Positions 49,307-57,995 of a stretch of DNA of 64,000 nucleotides are shown in pieces. The position numbers and the translations under genes are program-made. The stretch covers positions 62,001-126,000 of the IMG/VR virus record IMGVR_UViG_3300020084_000003. The stretch is one strand, 5' to 3'. Each line of letters begins with the position of its first letter. Position 1 is the first letter of the stretch. The notes beneath the pieces are model-generated. The model was not told the DNA's origin, did no database searches, and was given only the letters and a program-made list of their open reading frames with translations.

Positions 49307-49924
49307 TTAAAACCCGCCTTTTTCTAGTTCCTTGATTCTATTATATATTTCTCTCCATGAATCTACACGTTTCATTGGCGGTTCAACTTTGTAGTGCTTA
49401 TTATAGGGAGATGTGTATAAAATTGACTCATATCCTAATTCTTCACCAAGTTCAACATTTGATATATTATCGTCTACCCATATGTGACCCTTATCTCTAT
49501 TGAGGATAAGAACCTCTCTTTTGGCAGCGGATGATGGAGTGCAATATAGGCTGTGAATGTTTTCTTCACCTAGAATAGAAGAAACGTTTTTAAAACGGTT
49601 GTCATAGATAGCTTGACCTTGCTGTGATTCTCCACATGCACTGATTAAACAGAATTTATATCCAAAATCTTCTGCTATTTTCCTTGCATATATAATGCTA
49701 TCATCAATGGGATGGAGGTTCGCAAAATTCTCAGAAGAATTAAAGTCTAGATAGAGTTCTTCAACTATATCCTCTGGTATATCAAAGTGGTGATGTAGAA
49801 AATAAAGAGTTGGGTCTATTACTTTGTAACCCAACGCCTTAGCTTTTTCTGAAAAGGCTGGTAGCCATTTTACTACCACTTCATCAACATCAGAGTATAT
49901 AATTTTTTCATTCTTCGTCATCAT
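49307..49924 (-). CDS. HAD-family 5'(3')-nucleotidase-like protein (T4 30.2-like)
   Basis: DVDEV motif I, WVDD motif IV, PYN..RVDSWREI. Confidence 0.75.
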   Translation of the reverse strand: MMTKNEKIIYSDVDEVVVKWLPAFSEKAKALGYKVIDPTLYFLHHHFDIPEDIVEELYLDFNSSENFANLHPIDDSIIYARKIAEDFGYKFCLISACGESQQGQAIYDNRFKNVSSILGEENIHSLYCTPSSAAKREVLILNRDKGHIWVDDNISNVELGEELGYESILYTSPYNKHYKVEPPMKRVDSWREIYNRIKELEKGGF

Positions 49925-50058
49925 CTATCCTATCAAATCTGTCATGATCTTTTAGTTTATCACGCTGTTGTTTTTTTACGATTTCTCAGCTTTTCATTCT
50001 TTTGCTCAAAATCGTCATCATCATAATCATCTTTACTTCTTTTAAAAGTTTTTCCCAT
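49908..50058 (-). pseudogene. Small charged ORF, apparently frameshifted at an A7 run
   Basis: Reads MGKTFKRSKDDYDDDDFEQKNEKLRNRKK then stops after TTA; removing one A at 49971-49977 continues QQRDKLKDHDRFDRIDDDEE* into the next gene start. Confidence 0.4.
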
Positions 50059-50483
50059 CAGAATTTTTCTTCGTATAGATTAGGGAAAGCGGCTAGAACA
50101 ACGTCTTCATCCATTCCCATAATTGGTTTTTTTTCAATCATATTAGCTACAATTTCGGAGTCTTTATCATCAATTCCCTCAAGCAATTCAATGAAAAGTC
50201 TTTCTATCTGGATTTGATTTAGCTTTCCATCATACTTGCCTCCCTTTAGGAAAATGGGCAAGCGGCGGGTTTCTGAAAATAGACGACCCTCTACGTTTAC
50301 AAGACCATTTTTATTCCAAGGTGGCCTTACGTCTGGAACTAGAAATTCTACATTTTTATCGTATGTAAACTTCAAAATCATCCTTAGTGTTACTGAATTG
50401 TTCTTCTGTAAAAACGCAACTTTTTCTTCTTTTGTCTCTAGAGATATAGTCTTTGCAACTATCTCAGCTATAGAAAGTCTCAT
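50058..50483 (-). CDS. Conserved T4-like-phage hypothetical protein
   Basis: IERLFIELLEGID..LAAFP pattern; coupled to rnh. Confidence 0.65.
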   Translation of the reverse strand: MRLSIAEIVAKTISLETKEEKVAFLQKNNSVTLRMILKFTYDKNVEFLVPDVRPPWNKNGLVNVEGRLFSETRRLPIFLKGGKYDGKLNQIQIERLFIELLEGIDDKDSEIVANMIEKKPIMGMDEDVVLAAFPNLYEEKF

Positions 50484-51343
50484 TAAAAATCTCCTATGTC
50501 ACTTAAAAGGTTTGAAAGACCCTTTTTGAAAAAGTAGTCCATAAGTTTTCCTCTTTTGTTATTGCACGGTATATTATACTGTTCGATTATTTGTTTTTTA
50601 AATTTGTTCGGAACACAATACAAGTCGATAAGAACTTTATTACGTTTCCAATTTTGCTGTTCCTGTTCATTTAGAGTTCCAGCCAAGAAAGCTTCCTTTC
50701 TTTTCTGTGTCATAACCCCTTGCCTTTTACCTATGGCAAAAACATTATCTTCTGACAAAATGTTAGGAATATCGTCGCCAGAATCTCCGCAGATAACCAT
50801 TTCATCTAGAAATGCCTCTGGGTCTTCCACAACCATAAATTTATGGTCAAAAGGATCATACTGTTTAACGTTTCTGAATTTAAGAAGTTGCTTATAGTCT
50901 TTGTCTCTAGACAAAATCAAGAAATCTTCTCCGGTAGAAAGAAACTCATCGCCATAAGTATGACAAATTACTCCGATAATGTCATCAGCTTCACATTTTT
51001 CTACTTCAATGACTTTATATGGAAAGTTTTGCTTCAACTCTTCTTTCAGGGTTTGCATGACTTGATACAGCTTTCCCCAATCAATGTCACTTTCCTTTTT
51101 GTTTCTATTTCTTCGTATCTTGTAATAAGGGAAGAAATCTTTTCTCCAAGTATTTTTAGAGTCGCAGCAAATGACCAATTCACCAAACTGACCGGCAAAT
51201 TTTTTCCTGTTTGATCGTAAATGATTTAATAGTATATGGCGAACGTTATTTTCATCCACCACATCAGATGCGCTAAGTCCAGATTTCATGCTGTTGAAAA
51301 TTGCAGACAAGCAATATTGGTTATAGTCTATAAGTATCGGCAT
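50483..51343 (-). CDS. rnh: RNase H / 5'-3' flap exonuclease (T4 rnh-like)
   Basis: ILIDYNQ, WRKDFFPYYK, EADDIIG, SRDKDYKQL, GDSGDDIPNILS. Confidence 0.93.
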   Translation of the reverse strand: MPILIDYNQYCLSAIFNSMKSGLSASDVVDENNVRHILLNHLRSNRKKFAGQFGELVICCDSKNTWRKDFFPYYKIRRNRNKKESDIDWGKLYQVMQTLKEELKQNFPYKVIEVEKCEADDIIGVICHTYGDEFLSTGEDFLILSRDKDYKQLLKFRNVKQYDPFDHKFMVVEDPEAFLDEMVICGDSGDDIPNILSEDNVFAIGKRQGVMTQKRKEAFLAGTLNEQEQQNWKRNKVLIDLYCVPNKFKKQIIEQYNIPCNNKRGKLMDYFFKKGLSNLLSDIGDF

Positions 51344-51367
51344 TATAAAAAAGTCACTCCTTGTTTC

Positions 51368-51721
51368 TTATTCCTCTGTTATAGCACTTTCTTCTTCATT
51401 TGTCAAGTCCTCAGATTCGTCTTCATCTGATTCGTCAAAAGATTGTCTGACTATTTCTTGTATAGGGTGAGCATAACCCATCTTTTTCATCATTAGTGAT
51501 TTTATAGAATCTCTGACAAAGAAAATGTCTGCCATATCAGTATCTTCAAGATGAAACCCTGCACGATCCATTTCCATAATCATAATATTGGAAATGAAGT
51601 CAGAAACATCATCAATATAACCCATTCTAAATTCGGTTATATTCTCTTGCATTTTCTCGCTTGTTGCTGGTTTGGTTTTTTCTTTTGAAAATCTATCTGG
51701 AAATTTAATTACGTTATCCAT
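51368..51721 (-). CDS. Hypothetical protein
   Basis: MDNVIKFP N-terminus; lies in the operon upstream of rnh. Confidence 0.65.
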   Translation of the reverse strand: MDNVIKFPDRFSKEKTKPATSEKMQENITEFRMGYIDDVSDFISNIMIMEMDRAGFHLEDTDMADIFFVRDSIKSLMMKKMGYAHPIQEIVRQSFDESDEDESEDLTNEEESAITEE

Positions 51722-52676
51722 TTTTTATCTCCTGTAAAACGTTCTCCCACTGCCTTTTGAATTCTAACAAAGAATAGGGAATGAACCTGCTGGATTTTAT
51801 TTGCATGTCTTCTGTCACGCTGGAATAGTTATCCAATATATATTTAGATAAACTGTAAGTTCTATTCGCAACATCATTATAACTTTCAGACATTGGAAAC
51901 ATATAAGTCATGTTCTGCGCCGTTTCAGGTAATGCTCCAAAATCAGGATGAATGCAAATGCAACCATTCTGAATAGCCTCCATCAATGCAAGACAACTTG
52001 TTTCGTGCCAGATACAAGGATAAATAAACATGTCACTTTTCTTTAAATAATCCAAGACTACTGAATTTGGTTGTGATCCGTGATACGTTATATTATCTGT
52101 GTTATTTATTTTATCAAATAAGCTTTGGTAGTTAACATCATTTTCTTCCCATCCATATATTTTGAAAGATGAGAATACATCCAAAGTTACATCATATTCT
52201 TTCACCAATTCGTTGAATACTGGAAGCAATAGCTCCAATCCTCGATGTGGTGTAGTGTGATATATTATTTTGACCGGACCATCATTTTCTTTTTTGCTAT
52301 TTGGATTGAAATAGTCTCCAATGGCATTCTTTATGACTACGCATTTAGAGTATGGAAGGTCGAAGTGTTGGATGAACAAATCTCTTTGATGATATGAAAC
52401 GAATACGAATTTTGCATATGAATTCAGTATATTTTTATCTTTTAGTTTTTCATATCTTATGTCAAATGGAAGATCGTGTAGATACAATATGTTCTTCATT
52501 TTTGGTTCTATATCATACACTCTGCTGAAATGAATGCAAACGCCTTTAAGCAAATCATTATCTACTAGCTGTAGCAATCTATTTCGCATTATTTCTGTTC
52601 CGCCCATTGCGGCTGGACTTGTCAGCTTATTAAGTATTTTACCATTATTAATTTGGCTCATATTAAACCTTTGCAT
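51714..52676 (-). CDS. Glycosyltransferase (GT4/group 1-like)
   Basis: MGGTE, HTTPHRGLELL, YPCIWHETSCLALMEA (E-x7-E), GALPET. Confidence 0.85.
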   Translation of the reverse strand: MQRFNMSQINNGKILNKLTSPAAMGGTEIMRNRLLQLVDNDLLKGVCIHFSRVYDIEPKMKNILYLHDLPFDIRYEKLKDKNILNSYAKFVFVSYHQRDLFIQHFDLPYSKCVVIKNAIGDYFNPNSKKENDGPVKIIYHTTPHRGLELLLPVFNELVKEYDVTLDVFSSFKIYGWEENDVNYQSLFDKINNTDNITYHGSQPNSVVLDYLKKSDMFIYPCIWHETSCLALMEAIQNGCICIHPDFGALPETAQNMTYMFPMSESYNDVANRTYSLSKYILDNYSSVTEDMQIKSSRFIPYSLLEFKRQWENVLQEIKNG

Positions 52677-52703
52677 AAAAAAGTGGGGCTGTTACACCCC
52701 ACT
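52677..52703 (-). terminator. Intrinsic terminator (minus strand)
   Basis: AGTGGGG..CCCCACT hairpin with an A-run on + (T-run on -). Confidence 0.7.
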
Positions 52704-52723
52704 CGTATAAATTTGAAAAAGTA

Positions 52724-52993
52724 TTAAAGGGGGAAGACTTTTTTCATAACGTCTTTATAAGACCCGCCTTTATAAGTGTTCATTTTGACACGAATAAATA
52801 GCCTATTAGTTTCGTTCTTGTTTGGATTTCGAATAGTGATCCAAGGGTTTCCACCGGCAAGCCATGATTTTTGTGCAGCAATATGACGGTCTGACGCAGG
52901 ACGTGCAGCCTTCATGGCGCGACGAGTAGCGGCAGAAACGTTACGGCCTGTGCCTTTGGAAGTGTAAGATGTTTTGTTACCTTGTTTAGCCAT
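52724..52993 (-). CDS. Small basic hypothetical protein (start at ATG 52993)
   Basis: YTSKG..W..G.NPWITIRNPN..TNRLFIRV; AAGGA SD. Confidence 0.6.
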   Translation of the reverse strand: MAKQGNKTSYTSKGTGRNVSAATRRAMKAARPASDRHIAAQKSWLAGGNPWITIRNPNKNETNRLFIRVKMNTYKGGSYKDVMKKVFPL

Positions 52994-53021
52994 AATATAT
53001 ATTCCTTCTTCATATTTAATT

Positions 53022-53237
53022 TTATATCGAATCAAGTTCTTTCAGTATGCGAAACGATATGTCTGTTATATCACACTCTGGTTCCGAGCGCAAGACAAAA
53101 ATCAATCTGTCCATAAATAACAATTCCATATTGGTGTCCGACGCTACAGATAATGCTTCAAAAACAGTTTCTATATCGTAAGGATTTTCGCAAAAAACTT
53201 GTCTTTCTTTATTCTTCTTTTGAGTTTTTTCGCTCAT
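53022..53237 (-). CDS. Hypothetical protein
   Basis: AAGGA SD; packed in the operon. Confidence 0.5.
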   Translation of the reverse strand: MSEKTQKKNKERQVFCENPYDIETVFEALSVASDTNMELLFMDRLIFVLRSEPECDITDISFRILKELDSI

Positions 53238-53856
53238 TATGTGTCCTTATAATCTCTGTAATAATAGAGTATAGGTCTTCTAAGCTACCGTTATTGTGGA
53301 CAACATATCCGCTCAATGGAACTGTTTCTTCAAAAAATTGATCTTCTAGTTTTTCAACATCAGTTTTGTGATTTATTACAATCTCTTCAAGTATATTTTC
53401 AAACTTAATATATTTTCTCGAATCATTTCGGTAGTCCAAACCATCCCTATACAACCTTACGATGATGACTTCTTCATCACCAAATTTATTTATAATATGG
53501 GAAAGCTCTTCGACAAAACCACCATCACTTATACAGTAATTCTTACCGTGTTCCATCTTTTCAGAAGCTTTAAGACCATAATATGAGTTGCCATATAAGG
53601 GTTTTATTATGTTTTCTGACGTATGGATAAGTGCTTCTCTTCTAGAGAAATTTTTAAGTTTTTCTTCCTTCACATCTTTGTGTTTGGAGTTGTAATTTGA
53701 GAAAAACCAATCTCGGTCTACTCTAAAAAGAGCAATCGTATCTGCAAAAAGCTGTTCTTTGAACTCGACATGAGTAAAATCTTTTTCATTTTTTAAAAAT
53801 TCACATGAGGCATCTTTCCCTGACGAGGGTGGCCCATTAAATATTATCACAGTCAT
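53209..53856 (-). CDS. Deoxynucleoside monophosphate kinase (T4 gp1-like)
   Basis: NGPPSSGKD P-loop, REALIHTSE..KPLYG, ISDGGF.EE, HNNGSLEDL. Confidence 0.8.
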   Translation of the reverse strand: MTVIIFNGPPSSGKDASCEFLKNEKDFTHVEFKEQLFADTIALFRVDRDWFFSNYNSKHKDVKEEKLKNFSRREALIHTSENIIKPLYGNSYYGLKASEKMEHGKNYCISDGGFVEELSHIINKFGDEEVIIVRLYRDGLDYRNDSRKYIKFENILEEIVINHKTDVEKLEDQFFEETVPLSGYVVHNNGSLEDLYSIITEIIRTHNERKNSKEE

Positions 53857-53865
53857 TTATATAAA

Positions 53866-54603
53866 TTATTCTCCATGTTGAAAAATTCCCTCATATACCC
53901 ATCCCATAATGGATTTTTTTCTTTGATTAGGACTTATACAATCCCCAACTCTTCCGCGCTTACATTTTAAAAAAGATTGTATTTCTTTTCTAGTCATGTA
54001 AACAGAACCTTTTTCTGGATGGGTCCATATATATTTGGTAAAATCTTCACCACTTCTAAAGTTAGGTTCAAATTCATTTCCAACTTCGCCTGCAAAATAC
54101 CACCCTCTAACAGACTTACAGTGTTTCCTCTTAATTACACAAGAGTTGACATTACATTTATAACCGCCTAAAAACAAAGTCATGCCATATTGGGATTTAT
54201 AAATCTTTTCTTTAGTCTTTTTGTTAATCCACACATATATTTTATCATCGTAACGTGGGTGACTTTCTGCATTTCCTAATCCGATACCTCCCGGTATCTT
54301 ATTCATACATAATTTATCTTTAAACCACAAATCACCAATTATTATATTTTCATTCAATAAATTGCTACTATGGCTATCGTTCATCATTATTATTTCTTTT
54401 ACAAACTCAGGATTATTAGTAAAATGTCTTCTTCTAGCTACAGGAGGTTTATGCTTAAAACCATTTATAACCATCGCAAGGTTCCTTATCCAATCACCAC
54501 TACCAAAATAATCATGGTCTTCGGGATTCTCGAAACAGGAACTTCTACCTATATAATATTCGCCAGTATTTGTATTAGTTATTTTATATAGGTAAAAATT
54601 CAT
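53866..54603 (-). mobile_element. Free-standing GIY-YIG (Seg-like) homing endonuclease
   Basis: FYLYKITNTNTGEYYIG..YFGSG, conserved E and N, followed by repeated small DNA-binding modules (KSVRGW / KSIMGW). Confidence 0.8.
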
Positions 54604-54604
54604 A

Positions 54605-54820
54605 TCATTCCTTTACGTCTGTAAATGCCTCTTTCCACTCATCTTGAGTGATCCCAGATATTATAAATTCAACATCTTCGTCATTAAGATATGGCATGGC
54701 ATCATGTATACTCATATAACCCAAGTTATATGTTATCCAATCATCAGGATTTACGGGAATGTCTCTAATTCTTTCAATTCCTGTTATTACACTTGTTCTC
54801 TTGATTCTCATTTTAACCAC
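54605..54820 (-). CDS. Hypothetical protein
   Basis: IHDAMPYLNDEDVEFIISGITQDEW conserved-looking phage motif. Confidence 0.6.
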   Translation of the reverse strand: MVKMRIKRTSVITGIERIRDIPVNPDDWITYNLGYMSIHDAMPYLNDEDVEFIISGITQDEWKEAFTDVKE

Positions 54821-54850
54821 CTTATTATGACAAATTTATAATCATGGTAT

Positions 54851-54923
54851 TATTTATACCACAACATATGCTGCTTGTCAAGCAAAAAATCACCGCATAT
54901 ATAATAGGTTAATGGTATAAATA
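54851..54923. promoter_or_regulatory. Divergent late promoters
   Basis: TATTTATA at 54851 (minus) and TATAAATA at 54916 (plus). Confidence 0.65.
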
Positions 54924-54953
54924 AAGTTACATGTGAACAAATAAGGAATCGTT

Positions 54954-55487
54954 ATGAGAATTGCAGCCATTGACTACAGTATGACCTCTCCCGCGATATG
55001 CGTAGCAAATACAGAAAAACCTCTATCTTTTGAAAATTGTTTTTTCTACAACATTTCAAATATTAAAAATAAGCCATATAGAGAAAATATTCATTACACT
55101 GAAATGAAATACATCACTGACGATGAAGAAAGATTTGACTATCTTTCAAATTGGGCAGTTGAAGCACTCCAAGTCAACAATGTTGAAAAGGTTATCATGG
55201 AAGGTTATTCCTTCGGAAGCAAATCTAGCCGACTATTTCAAATTGGAGAAAATGGCGGTGTCCTGAAACACAAGATTTTCAGAATGAATATACCTTTGAT
55301 AAAGCTTGCTCCGACAGAAGTCAAGAAGGTTTTTCATGGAAAAGGTAACGCTTCTAAAGAAGATATGATTGAAGCACTTTTCACCAAAGAAGGTATTAGG
55401 TTGGGAGATAATGCAAAGTCGCCCATAGGAGATATAGTCGATTCTTATGCTATATTATATTCTGCTGTAACCAGAGGATTAATATAA
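54954..55487 (+). CDS. RuvC-like Holliday junction resolvase
   Basis: IAAIDYS, MEGYSFG, PTEVKK..GKGNASKEDM, DIVDSYAI catalytic acidic residues. Confidence 0.8.
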   Translation: MRIAAIDYSMTSPAICVANTEKPLSFENCFFYNISNIKNKPYRENIHYTEMKYITDDEERFDYLSNWAVEALQVNNVEKVIMEGYSFGSKSSRLFQIGENGGVLKHKIFRMNIPLIKLAPTEVKKVFHGKGNASKEDMIEALFTKEGIRLGDNAKSPIGDIVDSYAILYSAVTRGLI

Positions 55488-55518
55488 AAGAGGCAGTGTT
55501 TCATCACTGCCTCTTTTT
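55486..55518. terminator. Bidirectional terminator
   Basis: AAAAGAGGCAGTG-TTTCAT-CACTGCCTCTTTT between convergent genes. Confidence 0.85.
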
Positions 55519-55777
55519 ATTTCAAGTTTCCTAGACCTTGCATATTTTCGGAAACATAAATTTCGTATTCAGTGAAGCCTCCAATATGTTTACCATTAAC
55601 AAAAATTTGTGGGACTGTTTTTGCATTTGGAACCAAGGCAAGTAATTCTTGTTTTGTGTCGCCTTCGGAAACGTCTTTCCACTCATACTTAATTTGGTTT
55701 ACGTTATTCAACTTCTTAGCTTCATCGCAATAAAAGCATCCGGGTCTTCCGAAAACTATAACATTTGCACTCATCAT
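55517..55777 (-). CDS. Glutaredoxin
   Basis: CFYC, TVPQIFVNGKHIGGF. Confidence 0.92.
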   Translation of the reverse strand: MMSANVIVFGRPGCFYCDEAKKLNNVNQIKYEWKDVSEGDTKQELLALVPNAKTVPQIFVNGKHIGGFTEYEIYVSENMQGLGNLK

Positions 55778-56007
55778 TTACTCCTATAATATTCTATAAT
55801 ATGATTTATTATCATTTGCACTTCTTCTTTGGGTATCTTACCCTGTGAATATACATCAGGATTTAGCCTGCATATTCCACAATCTTCCATATAAGCATCG
55901 ACGTAAATGTAAGACTTGCTCTCTTCGTCATATATGGTTATTACTAACGTTTTCTCTGGTGTGTTGGTTCTACTCGGTAGTATCTTTGAAATAATCTTGT
56001 TTATCAT
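55774..56007 (-). CDS. Hypothetical protein
   Basis: ORF overlapping its neighbours in the operon. Confidence 0.5.
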   Translation of the reverse strand: MINKIISKILPSRTNTPEKTLVITIYDEESKSYIYVDAYMEDCGICRLNPDVYSQGKIPKEEVQMIINHIIEYYRSK

Positions 56008-56167
56008 TTAGATACTTTTCACCTTCCGCTGTCACGACCCATTCCCCATTATCATGAAAAATATAACCGTTACCTTTAAGACGGTTGATGTATGGAGTAT
56101 GTTTGTTTGACACCATTATATTTTTGTCTTTTAATTTTTGCAACAACTCTAAGCTCTTGTTATCCAT
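55970..56167 (-). CDS. Small hypothetical protein (possible winged helix)
   Basis: INRLKGNGYI..WVVTAEGEKYL resembles a wHTH wing motif. Confidence 0.45.
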   Translation of the reverse strand: MDNKSLELLQKLKDKNIMVSNKHTPYINRLKGNGYIFHDNGEWVVTAEGEKYLNDKQDYFKDTTE

Positions 56168-56513
56168 CTAAAGATATTCCTTCAACGTTGTAAGACATGA
56201 TATCATCATAATCAAATATTCTGTGATTTATACCATTCACTTCTACATCCAAGAGCAGATGGCTTATAATTATGACGTTTTCAAACATGAAAATATCTTT
56301 CAATTCTTGGTATTCTTTGGCTTTAACTACTACCAAACAATCTTTCAGAACGCAGCTTTTAAATTGTATCTTCTTATCTTTGATGTTTCCGAAGTCGAGT
56401 ATTCCATCCATATTTCTATTTTTAATTACGAAATCATTATTAAATTTATTAGTATGTATTAAATATCTATCTGTGCAAAAAACATCTCTTGTTATAAAAA
56501 TGTTATCTTCCAT
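56160..56513 (-). CDS. Hypothetical protein (ATG 56513 preferred over 56582)
   Basis: ORF; the shorter start avoids an 80-bp overlap with the MTase. Confidence 0.5.
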   Translation of the reverse strand: MEDNIFITRDVFCTDRYLIHTNKFNNDFVIKNRNMDGILDFGNIKDKKIQFKSCVLKDCLVVVKAKEYQELKDIFMFENVIIISHLLLDVEVNGINHRIFDYDDIMSYNVEGISLDG

Positions 56514-57048
56514 AAAATTGTATATTGTCCTCTTCACTTTTATTTGGAACAAACAAATACCAGCATACATCGTCTTTGCCACTCATGGTTGTTCCTTCAA
56601 TCCATTTCATTCTTCCTACAGTTACAATTTTTGTGCAGTATTTTTGTAAATATGGGGCAGCTTTCATGGTGAACATCCAGTTCGCATCAAACAAAAACCA
56701 TGTGGGTTTCATTGAAGCAAAATGTTCTATTGAGTGATGTAGCAAATCTCTTGACCAAGGTGGGTTCGAAATGATAAACTCCGATTCGGAAAGATCAGCC
56801 TCAGTAACGTTTATATATGATTTTTCGATGAATGTCAAGTCTGTAATGTTATGTTCGTAATCTGGCTCTATATCAGATGCGTATACACATTTTCCTTCAA
56901 GTTGATTGATTAAATCGCCTCTTCCGCAAAAGGGTTCTGCATATGTATAGGTTTCTGGTAAAAATGGCTTTATAGCCTTTCCCGCTTTAGGATCAAATGT
57001 TCTGTAATAATCCTTAGCAATTCTGTCAAAATCTGACCGCTTACCCAT
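56503..57048 (-). CDS. DNA N6-adenine/N4-cytosine methyltransferase
   Basis: DYYRT, EPFCGRG SAM-binding motif, ISNPPW catalytic motif. Confidence 0.8.
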   Translation of the reverse strand: MGKRSDFDRIAKDYYRTFDPKAGKAIKPFLPETYTYAEPFCGRGDLINQLEGKCVYASDIEPDYEHNITDLTFIEKSYINVTEADLSESEFIISNPPWSRDLLHHSIEHFASMKPTWFLFDANWMFTMKAAPYLQKYCTKIVTVGRMKWIEGTTMSGKDDVCWYLFVPNKSEEDNIQFYGR

Positions 57049-57101
57049 TATAAATCTCCATAATAATTTTATATATGGATTATTTATAACAGAATCTAGT
57101 A

Positions 57102-57207
57102 AATTATGATTGGGCGAAGCCCAATTTTGCGAAGCAAAATTTCATGATTCTTCTTACTTGACAGGACTCATGAAACCCTATAGAGTCTTATAAGAATCAT
57201 GAGTCCT
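57102..57207. repeat. Cluster of inverted repeats including two GCGAAGC mini-hairpins
   Basis: ATTGGGC-GAA-GCCCAAT (57109-57125), AATTTTGC-GAA-GCAAAATT (57123-57141), AGGACTCATGA/TCATGAGTCCT (57163-57173/57197-57207). Confidence 0.85.
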
Positions 57208-57305
57208 ATAATTTAATCACGAATCACAAGATTCATTATATCACAGGTTGTATTTTTGTCAAGTCCCTAAATAAACCTTGACATATTGTCGCAGTGTGAT
57301 AATAT
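57158..57305. promoter_or_regulatory. Divergent/convergent sigma70-like promoters
   Basis: +: TTGACA(57158)-N17-TAGAGT; -: TTGACA(57262-57257)-N16-TATAAT; +: TTGACA(57278)-N16-TAATAT upstream of pnuC. Confidence 0.6.
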
Positions 57306-57341
57306 GGACTCAATCGAATCACTATAACAAGGAGTTTTGTT

Positions 57342-57995
57342 ATGACTATAAAGAAAGACGATTTTCAATTAAATATTATGCTAATTTGCGTAGGTTTTAT
57401 TCTTACGGTTTTAACTCATTATATTTGTGTCATGTTGGGAGTTCAACTACCAGACATTAATATGCTTGAGTTTGTTGCTGTTGCTACTAGCTATACATGC
57501 ACTATCATGTTCGCTATGCAGAAGAGAGCAGCATACTTTTACGGAATTATCAGCACGTTTTTTCTGTGCTGGTTCTTTGCAACACAAGGAATTTTCGCGT
57601 TAGCAATTTTTAACGGTGTTCTAGTTATCAGTTTAATTTACGGATACTGGCGTTGGGGTCCAGATGGACGACCGATTCCAGTTACAAATATCAAAGGTTT
57701 CAAATCATTTGCCGGTTACGGAATGTTTACAGTTATTATCGCAGGTTTATTCCTTCTGCTTGTGGGCGCTTCTTCCAAGATCGACATTTTTCTGGCATCG
57801 GCTTCCGCAACCGCGCAGCTTATGCTAGACAATAAAAAGCTGGAAAACTGGCTTGTATGGATGGTCATTAACGTGTTCTCTATCGTTTTCTTCATTCAAA
57901 GCGGCTTCTGGCTATTGGCAATTCAATTTATGCTATTCTTGCTGAACGCTATTTTCGCGTATTTCTCTTGGAGAAAGGGTCTAGTAAATGTCTAA
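57342..57995 (+). CDS. pnuC: Nicotinamide riboside transporter PnuC
   Basis: Multi-TM; YGYWRW, AQLMLDNKKLENWLVWMVINVFSI motif. Confidence 0.88.
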   Translation: MTIKKDDFQLNIMLICVGFILTVLTHYICVMLGVQLPDINMLEFVAVATSYTCTIMFAMQKRAAYFYGIISTFFLCWFFATQGIFALAIFNGVLVISLIYGYWRWGPDGRPIPVTNIKGFKSFAGYGMFTVIIAGLFLLLVGASSKIDIFLASASATAQLMLDNKKLENWLVWMVINVFSIVFFIQSGFWLLAIQFMLFLLNAIFAYFSWRKGLVNV

